This document shows, piece after piece, positions 10,064 to 20,460 of a DNA stretch of 26,104 nucleotides. The notes below the pieces were generated by a model, which was not told the origin of the DNA, searched no databases, and was given only the letters and a program-made list of their open reading frames with translations. Position 1 is the first letter of the stretch. Every line of letters begins with the position of its first letter. The stretch comes from Octopus sinensis (Eukaryota): positions 1 to 26,104 of the forward strand of contig NW_021835627.1 of assembly GCF_006345805.1 (NCBI RefSeq), given 5' to 3'. The position numbers and the translations under genes were made by a program.

Positions 10064-11904
10064 TCAGGCCATAACCCGTGGCCCCTACCTGGGACGTAGT
10101 CAGTCCACCTGTGCATACCTTCCTTCTTGTGACACTTGTGAAGACCTGTTGAGGCAAGTGAAAATCAAATCAAATCAAAACAAATCAAAATAGATGAACA
10201 TCAATGGAACTTGTATCTTTGTGGTACCAGTGCCGGTGGCACACAAGAAAACCATCCGAACGTGGCGGTAGCCACTACCGCATCGACTGGCCTCCCTGCT
10301 GTGGGCACATAACAAACACCATCCGATCGTGGCCGTTCGCCAGCCTCATCTGGCACCTGTGTCGGTGGCACATAAAAACACCATCCGAAGACCCGGCAAG
10401 ACTAGTCAGGCCATAACCCGTGGCCCCTACCTGGGACGTAGTCAGTCCACCTGTGCATACCTTCCTTCTTGTGACACTTGTGAAGACCTTTTGAGACAAG
10501 TGAAAATCAAAATCAAAACAAATCAAAATAGATGAACATCAACGGAATTTATATCTTTGTGATACCAGTGCCGGTGGCACACAAGAAAACCATCCGAACG
10601 TGGCCGTAGCCAGTATCGCATCGACTGGCCTCCGTGCTGTGGGCACATAACAAACACCATCCGATCGTGGCCGTTCGCCAGCCTCATCTGGCACCTGTGT
10701 CGGTGGCACATAAAAACACCATCTGAAGACCCGGCAAGACTAGCCTCATCTGGCACCTGTGTCGGTGGCACATAAAAACACCATCCGAAGACCCGCCAAG
10801 ACTAGTCAGGCCATAACCCGTGGCCACTACCTGGGACGTAGTCAGTCCACCTGTGCATACCTTCCTTCCTTCCTTCTTGTGACACTTGTGAAGACCTGTT
10901 GAGGCAAGTGAAAATCAAATCAAATCAAATCAAAATAGATGAACATCAATGGAATTTGTATCTTTGTGGTGCCGGTGGCACACAAGAAAACCATCCAAAT
11001 ATGGCGGTAGCCAGTACCGCATCGACTGGCCTCCGTGCTATGGGCAAGTAACAAACACCATCCGATCGTGGCCGTTTGCCAGCCTCATCTGGCACCTGTG
11101 TCGGTGGCACATAAAAACACCATCCGAAGACCCGGCAAGACTAGTCAGGCCATAACCCGTGGCCCCTACCTGGGACATAGTCAGTCCACCTGTGCATACC
11201 TTCCTTCTTGTGACACTTGTGAAGACCTTTTGAGGCAAGTGAAAATCAAAACAAATCAAAATAGATGAACATCAATGGAATTTGTATCTTTGTGATACCA
11301 GTACGGTGGCACTCAGGAAAACCATCCGAACGTGGCCGTAGCCAGTATCGCATCGACTGGCCTCCGTGCTGTGGGCACGTAACAATCACCATCCGATCGT
11401 GGCCGTTCGCCAGCCTCATCTGGCACCTGGCACATAAAAACACCATCCGAAGACCCGGCAAGACTAGTCAGGCCATAACCCGTGGCCCCTACCTGGGACG
11501 TAGTCAGTCCACCTGTGCATACCTTCCTTCTTGTGACACTTGTGAAGACCTGTTGAGGCAAGTGAAAATCAATCAAAAAAATCAAAATAGATGAACACCA
11601 ATGGAATTTGTATCTTTGTGGTACCAGTGCCGGTGGCACACAAGAAAACCATCCGAACGTGGCCGTAGCCAGTACCATATCGACTGGCCTTCGTGCTGCG
11701 GTCACGTAACAAACACCATCCGATCGTGGCCGTTCGCCAGCCTCATCTGGCACCTGTGTCGGTGGCACATAAAAACACCATCCAAGCGTGGCCGTCTGCC
11801 AGCCTTGTCTGGCACCTGTGTCGGTGGCACATAAAATCACCCACTACACTCTCGGAGTGGTTGGCGTTAGGAAGGGCATCCAGCTGTAGAAACACTGCCA
11901 GATC
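10045..11904 (+). repeat. About 340 bp higher-order repeat in the RTE-A 3' end: 5 units plus one 62 bp hybrid unit
   Basis: gaagacccggcaagactag starts at 10045, 10387, 10725 (short unit), 10787 (one substitution), 11126 and 11449. Confidence 0.95.
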
Positions 11905-12604
11905 TATGTACATATACATAGCTATCTGCGTACCTGCTATTTCTTACACAATGAAACACTCATTCAAATTGTGAGACACTATTTCTTTTCTTTAACAATT
12001 CTAAAGAAATTCTAAAATATCTCAATTTATTGTCATTAAATTTCTTATCCCTATTCAAATCTTAGGTCACCTTTTGCGTCAATTTAGAAACACGCATGTA
12101 TGAATGTATGTGGGTGTATGTATTTAGAAAAAATAGGTAAGACCGAAATATGTATACACTCACACCTATCCATCAATTCATCTATCTGTCTATACATACA
12201 TGCATATACTCATATATACATATATATATAAATTGAATATAAGTATATAATTAGGGGATATGTTAACCTTGTGAAGGGATGGTTGCATTTAAGTAAACAC
12301 TGGTTGAATACCTATTATTTTTGGGCAATGAACTACCCTTAAAACAATAGGTATATATTAAGAATATAGTTTATATCCATTTCAAAAAAGAAAACAAAAT
12401 GGAGATAAGGAAGTTGATAATTGTTCATTGCTTACAAAGTGGTCATCTTCGCTGCTTACAATTGTTTCAATAAATTAATTACAAATTTGTAAATTAATAT
12501 TACATTTCTGTGACATGAGTGTAATTTCATCAGAGAAAAAAAGCTGCTCCTTTTGATGTTATATATGGGCCCGTCTTCTTTTTTCCTCTTAAAAGAATAT
12601 AAAC

Positions 12605-12648
<44 letters not shown>

Positions 12649-12675
12649 ATATATTATATATATTATATATATATT

Positions 12676-12718
<43 letters not shown>

Positions 12719-12797
12719 GTATATATATATACATATGTATATATATATATATATGAGTGTGTGTATGTATATGTATATATCCGTACATGTCTCTCAT

Positions 12798-13135
12798 TGG
12801 ACACTAAACTTCACTTGTGAGGACCTGTTGAGCCAAGTGAAATCAAATTCGTTGAGATGACCGATGATAACACCGCCTGACTGGCAACCACGCCAGTGGA
12901 ATACTAAAAGCACCATCCAAGCATGAACGTTGCCAGTGCCACGGTACTGGCTCCTGTTCAGGTGGCATATAAAAAACACCATTTGAGTGTGGCTATTGGC
13001 AGTACCACATGACTGGCCTCCGTGCTGGTGGCACGTACAAGTACCCATTACACTCTTGGAGTGGTAGATGTTAGGAGGGCATCCAGCGGTAGAAACCCTA
13101 CCTGATCAGATGGGAGCCTGGTGCAGCCTTCTGGC
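12798..13135 (+). mobile_element. Older, diverged RTE 3' UTR fragment
   Basis: ttgtgaggacctgttgagccaagtgaaatc, degenerate 60-mers, cccattacactcttggagtggtagatgttaggagggcatccagc; homologous to the A and B 3' UTRs. Confidence 0.85.
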
Positions 13136-13672
13136 CAGGATCTTCCAGATATATATTACTGCATACCTCTCCCGTCTTCTCTCCAGGGAGTAGAGTCTTA
13201 AGTGTTTCAACCTTTCCCAGTAGCTGAGCTGTTGCAAAGAGACGATCTTCTTTGTGAATCTTCTCTGGATTGCTTCAAGGTCCGCTGTTAATTTGACACC
13301 GGTGGCTGACCATAGCTGTGAGCAATAATCCAGGCAGCTGAGGATGAGTGTCGGCCAGTGGACCATCATGGTTTCCTTATCTCTTGTTCGGAACGTTCTT
13401 AGGATCCATGCAGCCAGTCGTCTGCACTTTCTCGCCATCATGGTAATTTGCACTTGGAAAGAGGTATAATAACTCATGTCTATACCCAGGTCCCTCACTG
13501 ACTTAGGCTCTGGGACTAAAATTCCCTGTTGACCAGTGTCCCCTGTAAGTTAGGTTTTGTTGCTGGTGGTGCGGGGCTTGGAATTTTTCAGCATTAAACT
13601 GCATATTATTATCCTCAGCCAATCTGTAAATGGAGTCCAACTCCTTCTGCATATTCATATACCTATAGACTT
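13135..13672 (-). mobile_element. CR1-group LINE RT fragment
   Basis: [72 protein letters not shown]. Confidence 0.9.
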
Positions 13673-14013
13673 CTATATATATATATATATATATATACAT
13701 GCATAAAATGTATATATATATATATATATTTCAACAATTGAGGGTAAAATTAATTAGTTATTAATCAATTTCACCAAGTATTCAGTATGTAAAAGGACCA
13801 TTTAAGGCGAATTCAAAATATTACATTAATATAAAAGGGCTTAGTAAAATAAATTACTTTGCCACATACTGAACTCATTAGAAATAGCAGCCAAAAAAGT
13901 TTTTTAGCTATTTCTAATACTTAAAGAAAATTTCTCTCAGATAGTGTTTACTCAGAATAACCCACGAAGGTATGGGGGTAAAAAACATTAAAAAATCACA
14001 AGTGCAAAGATTA

Positions 14014-14076
14014 TTTGAGAACGTTACGTTTCTAGATCAGCCAAATAAAATTCGACATTTCTTTCGTCAGCCCAAA
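14014..14076 (-). ncRNA. Candidate type I hammerhead ribozyme, inverted copy
   Basis: Exact reverse complement of 14522-14584 by eye. Confidence 0.6.
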
Positions 14077-14521
14077 ATTTGAGAGAAATTTTCTGAGAGA
14101 AATTTTCTTTAAGTATTAGAAATAGCCAAAAAACTTTTTTGGCTGCTATTTCTAATGAGTTCAGTATGTGGCAAAGTAATTTATTTTACTAAGCCCTTTT
14201 ATATTAATGTAATATTTTGAATTCGCCTTAAATGGTCCTTTTACATACTGAATACTTGGTGAAATTGATTAATAACTAATTAATTTTACCCTCAAATGTT
14301 GAAATTATAATTCATTTCTCTCTGTTTATTGCCTCGGTTTTCACCGCTAAAATATGGTGTTTGCTAGTTTAGCCCACGTGGGTGGAAAGGGAGAACAGGA
14401 ATTCTTCGCTTGCATATTTTGAATTTGTTGGCACTGTCAGTTTGAGCGGGTCGTCTGAGGTGTTAAGTCGCCAAAAGGGTATGTTCCTACTTTCAGTGTT
14501 TCCAAATCCAAATTAAGAAAT

Positions 14522-14584
14522 TTTGGGCTGACGAAAGAAATGTCGAATTTTATTTGGCTGATCTAGAAACGTAACGTTCTCAAA
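14522..14584 (+). ncRNA. Candidate type I hammerhead ribozyme
   Basis: UUUGGG / CUGACGA (14528-14534) / stem II region / GAAA (14566-14569) / CG-UAA-CG-U-U (stem III, GUU triplet, predicted cut after 14578) / CUCAAA pairing with UUUGGG. The base of stem II is an atypical A-A. Confidence 0.6.
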
Positions 14585-14774
14585 TAATCTTTGCACTTGT
14601 GATTTTTTAATGTTTTTTACCCCCATACCTTCGTGGGTTATTCTGAGTAAACACTATCTGAGAGAAATTTTCTTTAAGTATAAGAAATAGCTAAAAAACT
14701 TTTTGGGCTGCTATTTCTAATGAGTTCAGTATGTGGCAAAGTAATTTATTTTACTAAGCCCTTTTATATTAATG

Positions 14775-14775
<1 letters not shown>

Positions 14776-14807
<32 letters not shown>

Positions 14808-14978
14808 TAGATAGATATAGATATATATATATACATACATAATATATATATATATACACACAATATATATATGTATATATAGAATGTATACACAATATAT
14901 ATATGAAAAAATTATATATACACACACACACACATATATATATACACACAATATATTATATATGTGTGTGTGTGTATG

Positions 14979-15018
<40 letters not shown>

Positions 15019-15020
15019 TA
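14776..15020. repeat. Compound (TA)n microsatellite
   Basis: Direct reading. Similar TA-rich tracts at about 12606-12780, 20396-20510, 20845-21100, 21505-21720, 21935-22155, 22577-22765 and 25235-25490. Confidence 0.95.
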
Positions 15021-16040
15021 TATTGTCTATCAATCAGCCCCTCATCTCGTTAGAAATGGAAAACATATTTATTACCCTTACAGGCCCTTATTAATTCAGA
15101 GGAACGCTCGCGTGGATGGATAAAACTCTTCGCGGGGTACTTCATACTTCTCTCTTTCTTTCTCCCCCCCTCTTTCACATTGTCTGTCTTCCCTCTCCTC
15201 TTCCTCCTCTACACTATTTGTCTTTCTAGGCCTTTAAAAGCTAGCTCCCCAAATACACGGTCTCATTCCTCATTTGGAATTTCTTCTGCCAGTTTCACTT
15301 CGAAAACGAAATGATTTCAAGATAAGAAATTTAACTCAATTCAACCCGTATTCTTCTCACCATTCATATATTTCATTCGATGACCATAGTTGTGCTTTGT
15401 TTACTATTATTATTTTCAGCTTCGCCTCGCATTACATATCATGCATAATTCACTAGTTATTATTGTCTATCGATCAGCCCCTCATCTCGTTAGAAATGAA
15501 AAACATATTTATTAACCTCACAGGCCCTTATTTATTTCATATAAGTTTTCTCCTCTTGGAAGAACGCTCGCCCGCGTGGCTGGCTAAAACTTTTCATGCA
15601 TAATTCACTAGTTATTATTGTCTATCGATCAGCCCCTCATCTCGTTAGAAATGGAAAACATATTTATTAACCTCACAGGCCCTTATTTATTTCATATAAG
15701 TTTTCTCCTCTTGGAAGAACGCTCGCCCGCGTGGCTGGCTAAAACTTTTCATGCATAATTCACTAGTTATTATTGTCTATCGATCAGCCCCTCATCTCGT
15801 TAGAAATGGAAAACATATTTATTAACCTCACAGGCCCTTATTTATTTCATATAAGTTTTCTCCTCTTGGAAGAACGCTCGCCCGCGTGGCTGGCTAAATC
15901 TTTTCATGCATAATTCACTAGTTATTATTGTCTATCGATCAGCCCCTCATCTCGTTAGAAATGGAAAACATATTTATTACCCTTACAGGCCCTTATTAAT
16001 TCAGAGGAACGCTCGCGTGGATGGATAAAACTCTTCGCGG
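15021..16040 (+). repeat. 5' array of RTE-B: 905 bp period with three internal 155 bp subrepeats
   Basis: tattgtctatc at 15021, 15461, 15616, 15771 and 15926; 15021-15135 matches 15926-16040 and both end in cttcgcgg. Confidence 0.95.
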
Positions 16041-16310
16041 GTCGCCCTCCCTCCCACCCCCTCCACCGATACAGGAAGGCTTGAGAAATTCGTCATCCTT
16101 GTTGTCTCCCATTTTCACTTAGTCTTACGCTGCCCCCACCGCTACAGGAAGCTCAAAATTTTCTCATCCTTGTTCTCCCCCATGTACACTTCGCATCCCT
16201 GTTGTCTCCTATGCCCATCTCTTCCTCTTTCCATAAAGGTAGTGGTCATTCATTGCAAGATATGCTTGGTGTAACGTACGCGGTTTGAACTTGAGCTTTA
16301 TTGTTTGTCT

Positions 16311-19300
16311 ATGAATACTGCCAAACGCGAGTTTTCTTTTCAGGTTCATGATGCTACTAGGTCCATTGCCTCCCACTTCCTCAGGGTTGGCACCCTCAAC
16401 GTTGGCACACTGAAAGGCAGATCTGGTGAGATAGTCGAATTGCTTGAACGGAGGTGTGTAGATATATGCTGTATTCAAGAGGTGAGGTGGAGAGGTTCTG
16501 CTAGGTTCCTCACGGGTAAAGGACAGAGGTATAAAATTTTCTGGGCCGGGAATACTGAAGGAGTCGGGGAGTGGGTATGCTTATTGCCGAAAAATGGGTA
16601 GATAAAGTTATCGAGGTAGTCAGAGTATGTGACAGAATATTGAAGATTAGATTAGTGCTCCATCATAGTTTAGCAACTATTATATCGGCCTATGCCCCTC
16701 AGCCAGGGTTACCCGATGGACAGAAAGACCGTTTCTATGACACCCTACTGCAGACCACCTCATTGACGAACAACAGGGACCTTCTCTTTGTGGCTGGTGA
16801 CTTCAATGGGCATGTTGGACGATATGCTGAGGGCTTCTATGGCGTTCATGGAGGCTATGGTTATGGTTCTCGCAATGAGGAGGGAACCAGGCTGCTGGAG
16901 TTCTGTGATGCGAATAGTCTTATGGTTTACAACACTAACTTCAGGAAACCAACAAGCCACCTGGTCACCTACCGTTCGGCCAGCATACTAGCCAAATCGA
17001 CTACATCCTTGCCAGAAAAAAGGGAAAGATGGCTGCTTATGAATGCCAAAACCTTCCCAGGCGAAGAATGTACCCCACAACATAGAATGGTAGTCAGTGA
17101 CTTTAGGATCAGGACTAAGAGGACGACTAGAAGACGACCAACATGGAGAAGAAGGGTCTGGAAGCTTAAAGATCCTGCTAATGGACAGAGATTTAGAGAC
17201 ATGTTACTTGAAGCCTTCGACGAAATAGAAGGGGGCATAGCTACACACGGGGTAGAAGATAACTGGGCGCTTCTAAGGGACAACCTGCTGAAAGCCACTG
17301 ACCAGATCTGTGGCTGGTGCAAAGTCCCCACAAGACCCAAAATAACGTGGTGGTGGAACAATACTGTTGACAGGGCTATTAGACAAAAGAAACAGGCTTG
17401 GAAGGACTGGAAGAACGGTGGTAGCAGGGAAGTGTATCAGACTGCAAGAAGGGAAGCTAGGAGGCAGGTTTATTTAGCCAGAGGGGAAGCAGATAGGAAA
17501 AATTTGCCAATGTCCTGCGCCGTGAGGATGAAAGACTTGAGGTATTTCGTATAGCAAGACAGTGTGTGGGAGAGAATCGTGACGTGGTAGGAGAAAAATG
17601 TGTTCGCACGGATGACGGCTCACTTGCGCTAAATGAGGATGCAAAGAGAGAGGTTTCGAGAAGCCACTATGAAAGGTTGCTGAATGAGGAAAATGAATGG
17701 GATAAAGAGAGTCTGCCGAATGTTGACCCAACAGAGGGACCAGCAATCCGAGTTGACAGTTCCTTAGTAGATAAGGCAATTAAAAGCATGAAAACAGGGA
17801 AAGCCCCAGGCCCATCAGGAATTACTGCAGAGATGCTCAAAATATCTGGTAGTGTCGGCTATAGCCTAGTCACCCGTATAGTTAACCAGGTGATACACGA
17901 AGGAGTCATTCCAATGACTGGTGTAGCAGCATAATAGTCAGCTGCTACAAAGGTAAAGGTGTGACGCCCTAGATACAAATAGCTACAGGGGTATCAAGCT
18001 GCTGGATCAGGTAATGAAGGTTACGGAGAGGGTTATAGCCCAACTAATTAGAGAGAGAGTTAGCCTAGATCAGATGCAGTTTGGGTTCGTGCCAGGGAAA
18101 AGTACTACTGATGCTATTTTCATGGTAAGACAGCTGCAAGAGAAATACCTAGCCAAAGACAAGCCCCTATACCTGGCTTTTGTTGATATGGAGAAAGCCT
18201 TCGACAGGGTCCCCCGATCCCTCATCTGGTGGTCAATGAGGAAACTAGGGATAGATGAATGGTTAGTGAAAGCTGTACAAGCCATGTACAGAGACGCTGC
18301 TAGTAAGGTGAGGGTTGGCACCGAGTACAGTGAAGAATTCAGGGTAGAGGTTGGGGTCCACCAAGGTTCAGTCCTCAGTCCCCTCCTATTTATCATAGTC
18401 CTCCAGGCAATAACGGAGGAATTCAAGACAGGATGCCCCTGGGAGCTCCTCTATGCTGATGACCTTGCTCTAATTGCTGAGTCTCTATCAGAACTAGAGG
18501 AGAAGTTTCAGGTATGGAAACAAGGTTTAGAATCGAAGGGCCTTAGAATCAACCTAGCCAAAACCAAAGTCCTAATAAGTAGGAAGGTAGACCAATCACA
18601 AACGCCTTCAGGTAGATGGCCCTGCTCGATCTGTAGAAAAGGTGTAGGTAGAAACTCTATAAGATGCACCAAGTGTAAGCTATGGACACATAAGAGGTGC
18701 AGCAATGTCAAAGGAAGGCTAACTAGGAAGATAGTTTTTGTCTGTGGCAGATGCTCAGGAACAATTAACACTGAAGATGCTCTGAGACCAACTTCCGTCA
18801 CTTTCCAGGGAGAAAAGCTAGAAGTAGTTGATAGTTTCCGTTACCTAGGTGACCAAGTCAGTAGCGGGGGCGGGTGCGCTGAGAGTATAACTGCTAGAGT
18901 AAGAATAGCCTGGGCAAAGTTTAGAGAGCTCTTACCTCTGCTGGTGACAAAAGGCCTCTCGCTCAAAGTAAAAGGCAGACTGTATGATGCATGTGTACGT
19001 ACAGCCATGCTACATGGTAGTGAAACTTGGGCTGTGACTGCTGAGGATTTGCGTAAGCTCGCAAGAAATGAAGCTAGTATGCTCCGATGGATGTGTAACG
19101 TCAGTGTTCATAATCGACAGAGTGTAAGTACCTTGAGAGAAATGTTGAACCTAAGAAGTATCAGTTGTTGTGTGCAAGAGAGACGTATGCGCTGGTATGT
19201 CATGTGATGAGAATGGCTGAAGATAGTTGTTGTGCGAAAGTGCCACACCCTGGCAGTTGAGGGGATCTGTGGAAGAGGTAGACCCAGGAAAACCTGGGTC

Positions 19301-19408
19301 GAGGCGGTGAAGCACGACCTTCGAACTTTAGGTCTCACCAAGGAAATGACCAGTGACCGAGACCTTTGGAGGTATGCTGTGCGTGAGAAAACCCGGCAAG
19401 ACCAGTGA
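16311..19408 (+). pseudogene. RTE-B ORF: APE + RT with internal C4HC3 finger; several small frameshifts
   Basis: Same motifs as copy A. Likely start ATG AAT ACT at 16311 and stop after EKTRQDQ at 19406-19408. Indels near 16568, 16978, 17020, 17494, 17911, 17963 and 19197. Confidence 0.93.
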
Positions 19409-19454
19409 GAATAGTCAAAATCAAGGTCGATCAACTGAGGTCGATCAACATCAG

Positions 19455-20220
19455 GGCCCCCGTGCAGGTGACACGTAAAAGTACCATCCGTTCGTAGCCG
19501 TTCGCCAGCCCTGTCTGGCCCCCGTGTAGGTGGCACGTAAAAGCACCATCCGTTCGTGTTCGTTGCCAGCCTGGCCTGGCCCCCGTGCCGATGACACGTA
19601 AAAGTACCATCCATTTGTGGCCGTTTGCCAGCTCTGTCTGGCCCCCGTGCCGGTGACACGTAAAAGCACCATCCGTTCGTGGCCGTTTGCCAGCTCTGTC
19701 TGGCCACCGTGCCGGTGACACGTAAAAGCACCATCCGTTCGTGGCCGTTTGCCAGCTCTGTCTGGCCCCCGTGCCGGTGACACGTAAAAGCACCATCCGT
19801 TCGTGGCCGTTTGCCAGCCCTGTCTGGCCCCCATGTCGGTGACATGTAAAAGCACCATCCGTTCGTGTCTGTTGCCAGCCTCGCCTGGCCCCCGTGCCGG
19901 TGACACGTAAAAGCACCATCCGTTCGTGGCCGTTTGCCAGCCCTGTCTGGCCCCCATGTCGGTGGCACGTAAAAGCACCATCCGTTCGTGCCCGTTCCCA
20001 GCCTCGCCTGGCCCCCGTGCCGGTGACACGTAAAAGCACCATCCGTTTCGTGGCCGTTTGCCAGTTCTGTCTGGGCCCCGTGTTGGTGGCACGTAAAAGC
20101 ACCATCCGTTCGTGTCCGTTGCCAGCCTTGCCTGGCCCCGTGCCGGTGACACGTAAAAGCACCATCCGTTCGTGGCCGTTTGCCAGCTCTGTCTGGCACC
20201 TGTGCAGGTGGCACGTAAAA
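19455..20220 (+). repeat. 61-62 bp minisatellite in the RTE-B 3' UTR, about 12.5 units
   Basis: accatcc recurs 12 times from 19483 to 20161 at 60-62 bp spacing. Confidence 0.97.
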
Positions 20221-20419
20221 AGCACCCACTACACTCACGGAGTGGTTGGCGTTAGGAAGGGCATCCAGCCGTAGAAACACTGCCAGATCTGACTGGGCCT
20301 GATGAAGCCTTCCAGCTTCACAGACCCCAGTTGAACCGTCCAACCCATGCTAGCATGGAGAACGGACGCTAAATGAAGATGATGATGATGATGATATATA
20401 TATTATATATATATATATA

Positions 20420-20460
<41 letters not shown>

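Larger units (their letters stand above)
4232..11904 (+). mobile_element. RTE-clade LINE, copy A: 5' tandem array, APE-RT ORF, repeated 3' UTR; terminal about 90 bp and tail missing
   Basis: ORF motifs as listed for 6958-10063. The 3' UTR matches complete copies at 22160-22576 but stops at gaaacactgccagatc (11904). Inclusion of the 5' array is inferred from comparison with copy B. Confidence 0.9.
11905..13672 (+). repeat. Segmental duplication, copy 1 (paralog 23671-25234)
   Basis: Collinear match of about 700 bp of non-coding AT-rich DNA, then a TA/TG tract, an old RTE 3' UTR and a CR1 fragment, including the same RTE/CR1 fusion junction (gccttctgg..caggatcttccag). Confidence 0.95.
13728..14775. 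mobile_element. Non-coding element with a 565 nt direct tandem (14093-14775, about 1.2 units) preceded by an inverted partial copy (13728-14080); Penelope-like or retrozyme-like
   Basis: 13728-13940 is the reverse complement of 14093-14305; 13823-14080 is the reverse complement of 14518-14775; ctgagagaaattttctttaag recurs at 14093 and 14658. Flanked by (TA)n. The class assignment is inference. Confidence 0.6.
15021..20395 (+). mobile_element. RTE-clade LINE, copy B, complete 3' end with (GAT)n tail, flanked by (TA)n on both sides
   Basis: ORF collinear with copy A; terminal ccatgctagcatgg palindrome and gctaaatgaagatgatgatgatgatgat tail ending at 20395. Confidence 0.93.

Noticed and set aside
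11905-12600. Possible host exon in the duplicated non-repeat AT-rich block
   Set aside because: No sustained ORF or convincing splice-bounded segment on either strand
14364-14382. Palindrome cccacgtggg next to CTAG as a Helitron 3' end on the minus strand
   Set aside because: The hairpin is too short and too close to CTAG, and it is internal to the repeat unit rather than at a boundary
14093-14657. The 565 nt unit length equals the about 566 bp RTE-A monomer length
   Set aside because: No sequence similarity between them by eye; treated as coincidence
19455-20220. CRISPR-like array
   Set aside because: The whole unit is repeated with no unique spacers, there are no cas genes, and it lies in a eukaryotic LINE 3' UTR
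20299-20340. CUGAUGA in the B-type 3' end (also near 21848) as a hammerhead
   Set aside because: No GAAA after the putative stem II, and the A-type equivalent reads cctggtgca, so it is a chance variant
19108-20343. 411 aa minus-strand ORF and overlapping 264 and 233 aa ORFs
   Set aside because: Open frames generated by the GC-rich 61-62 bp repeat on the antisense strand; periodic peptide with no domain
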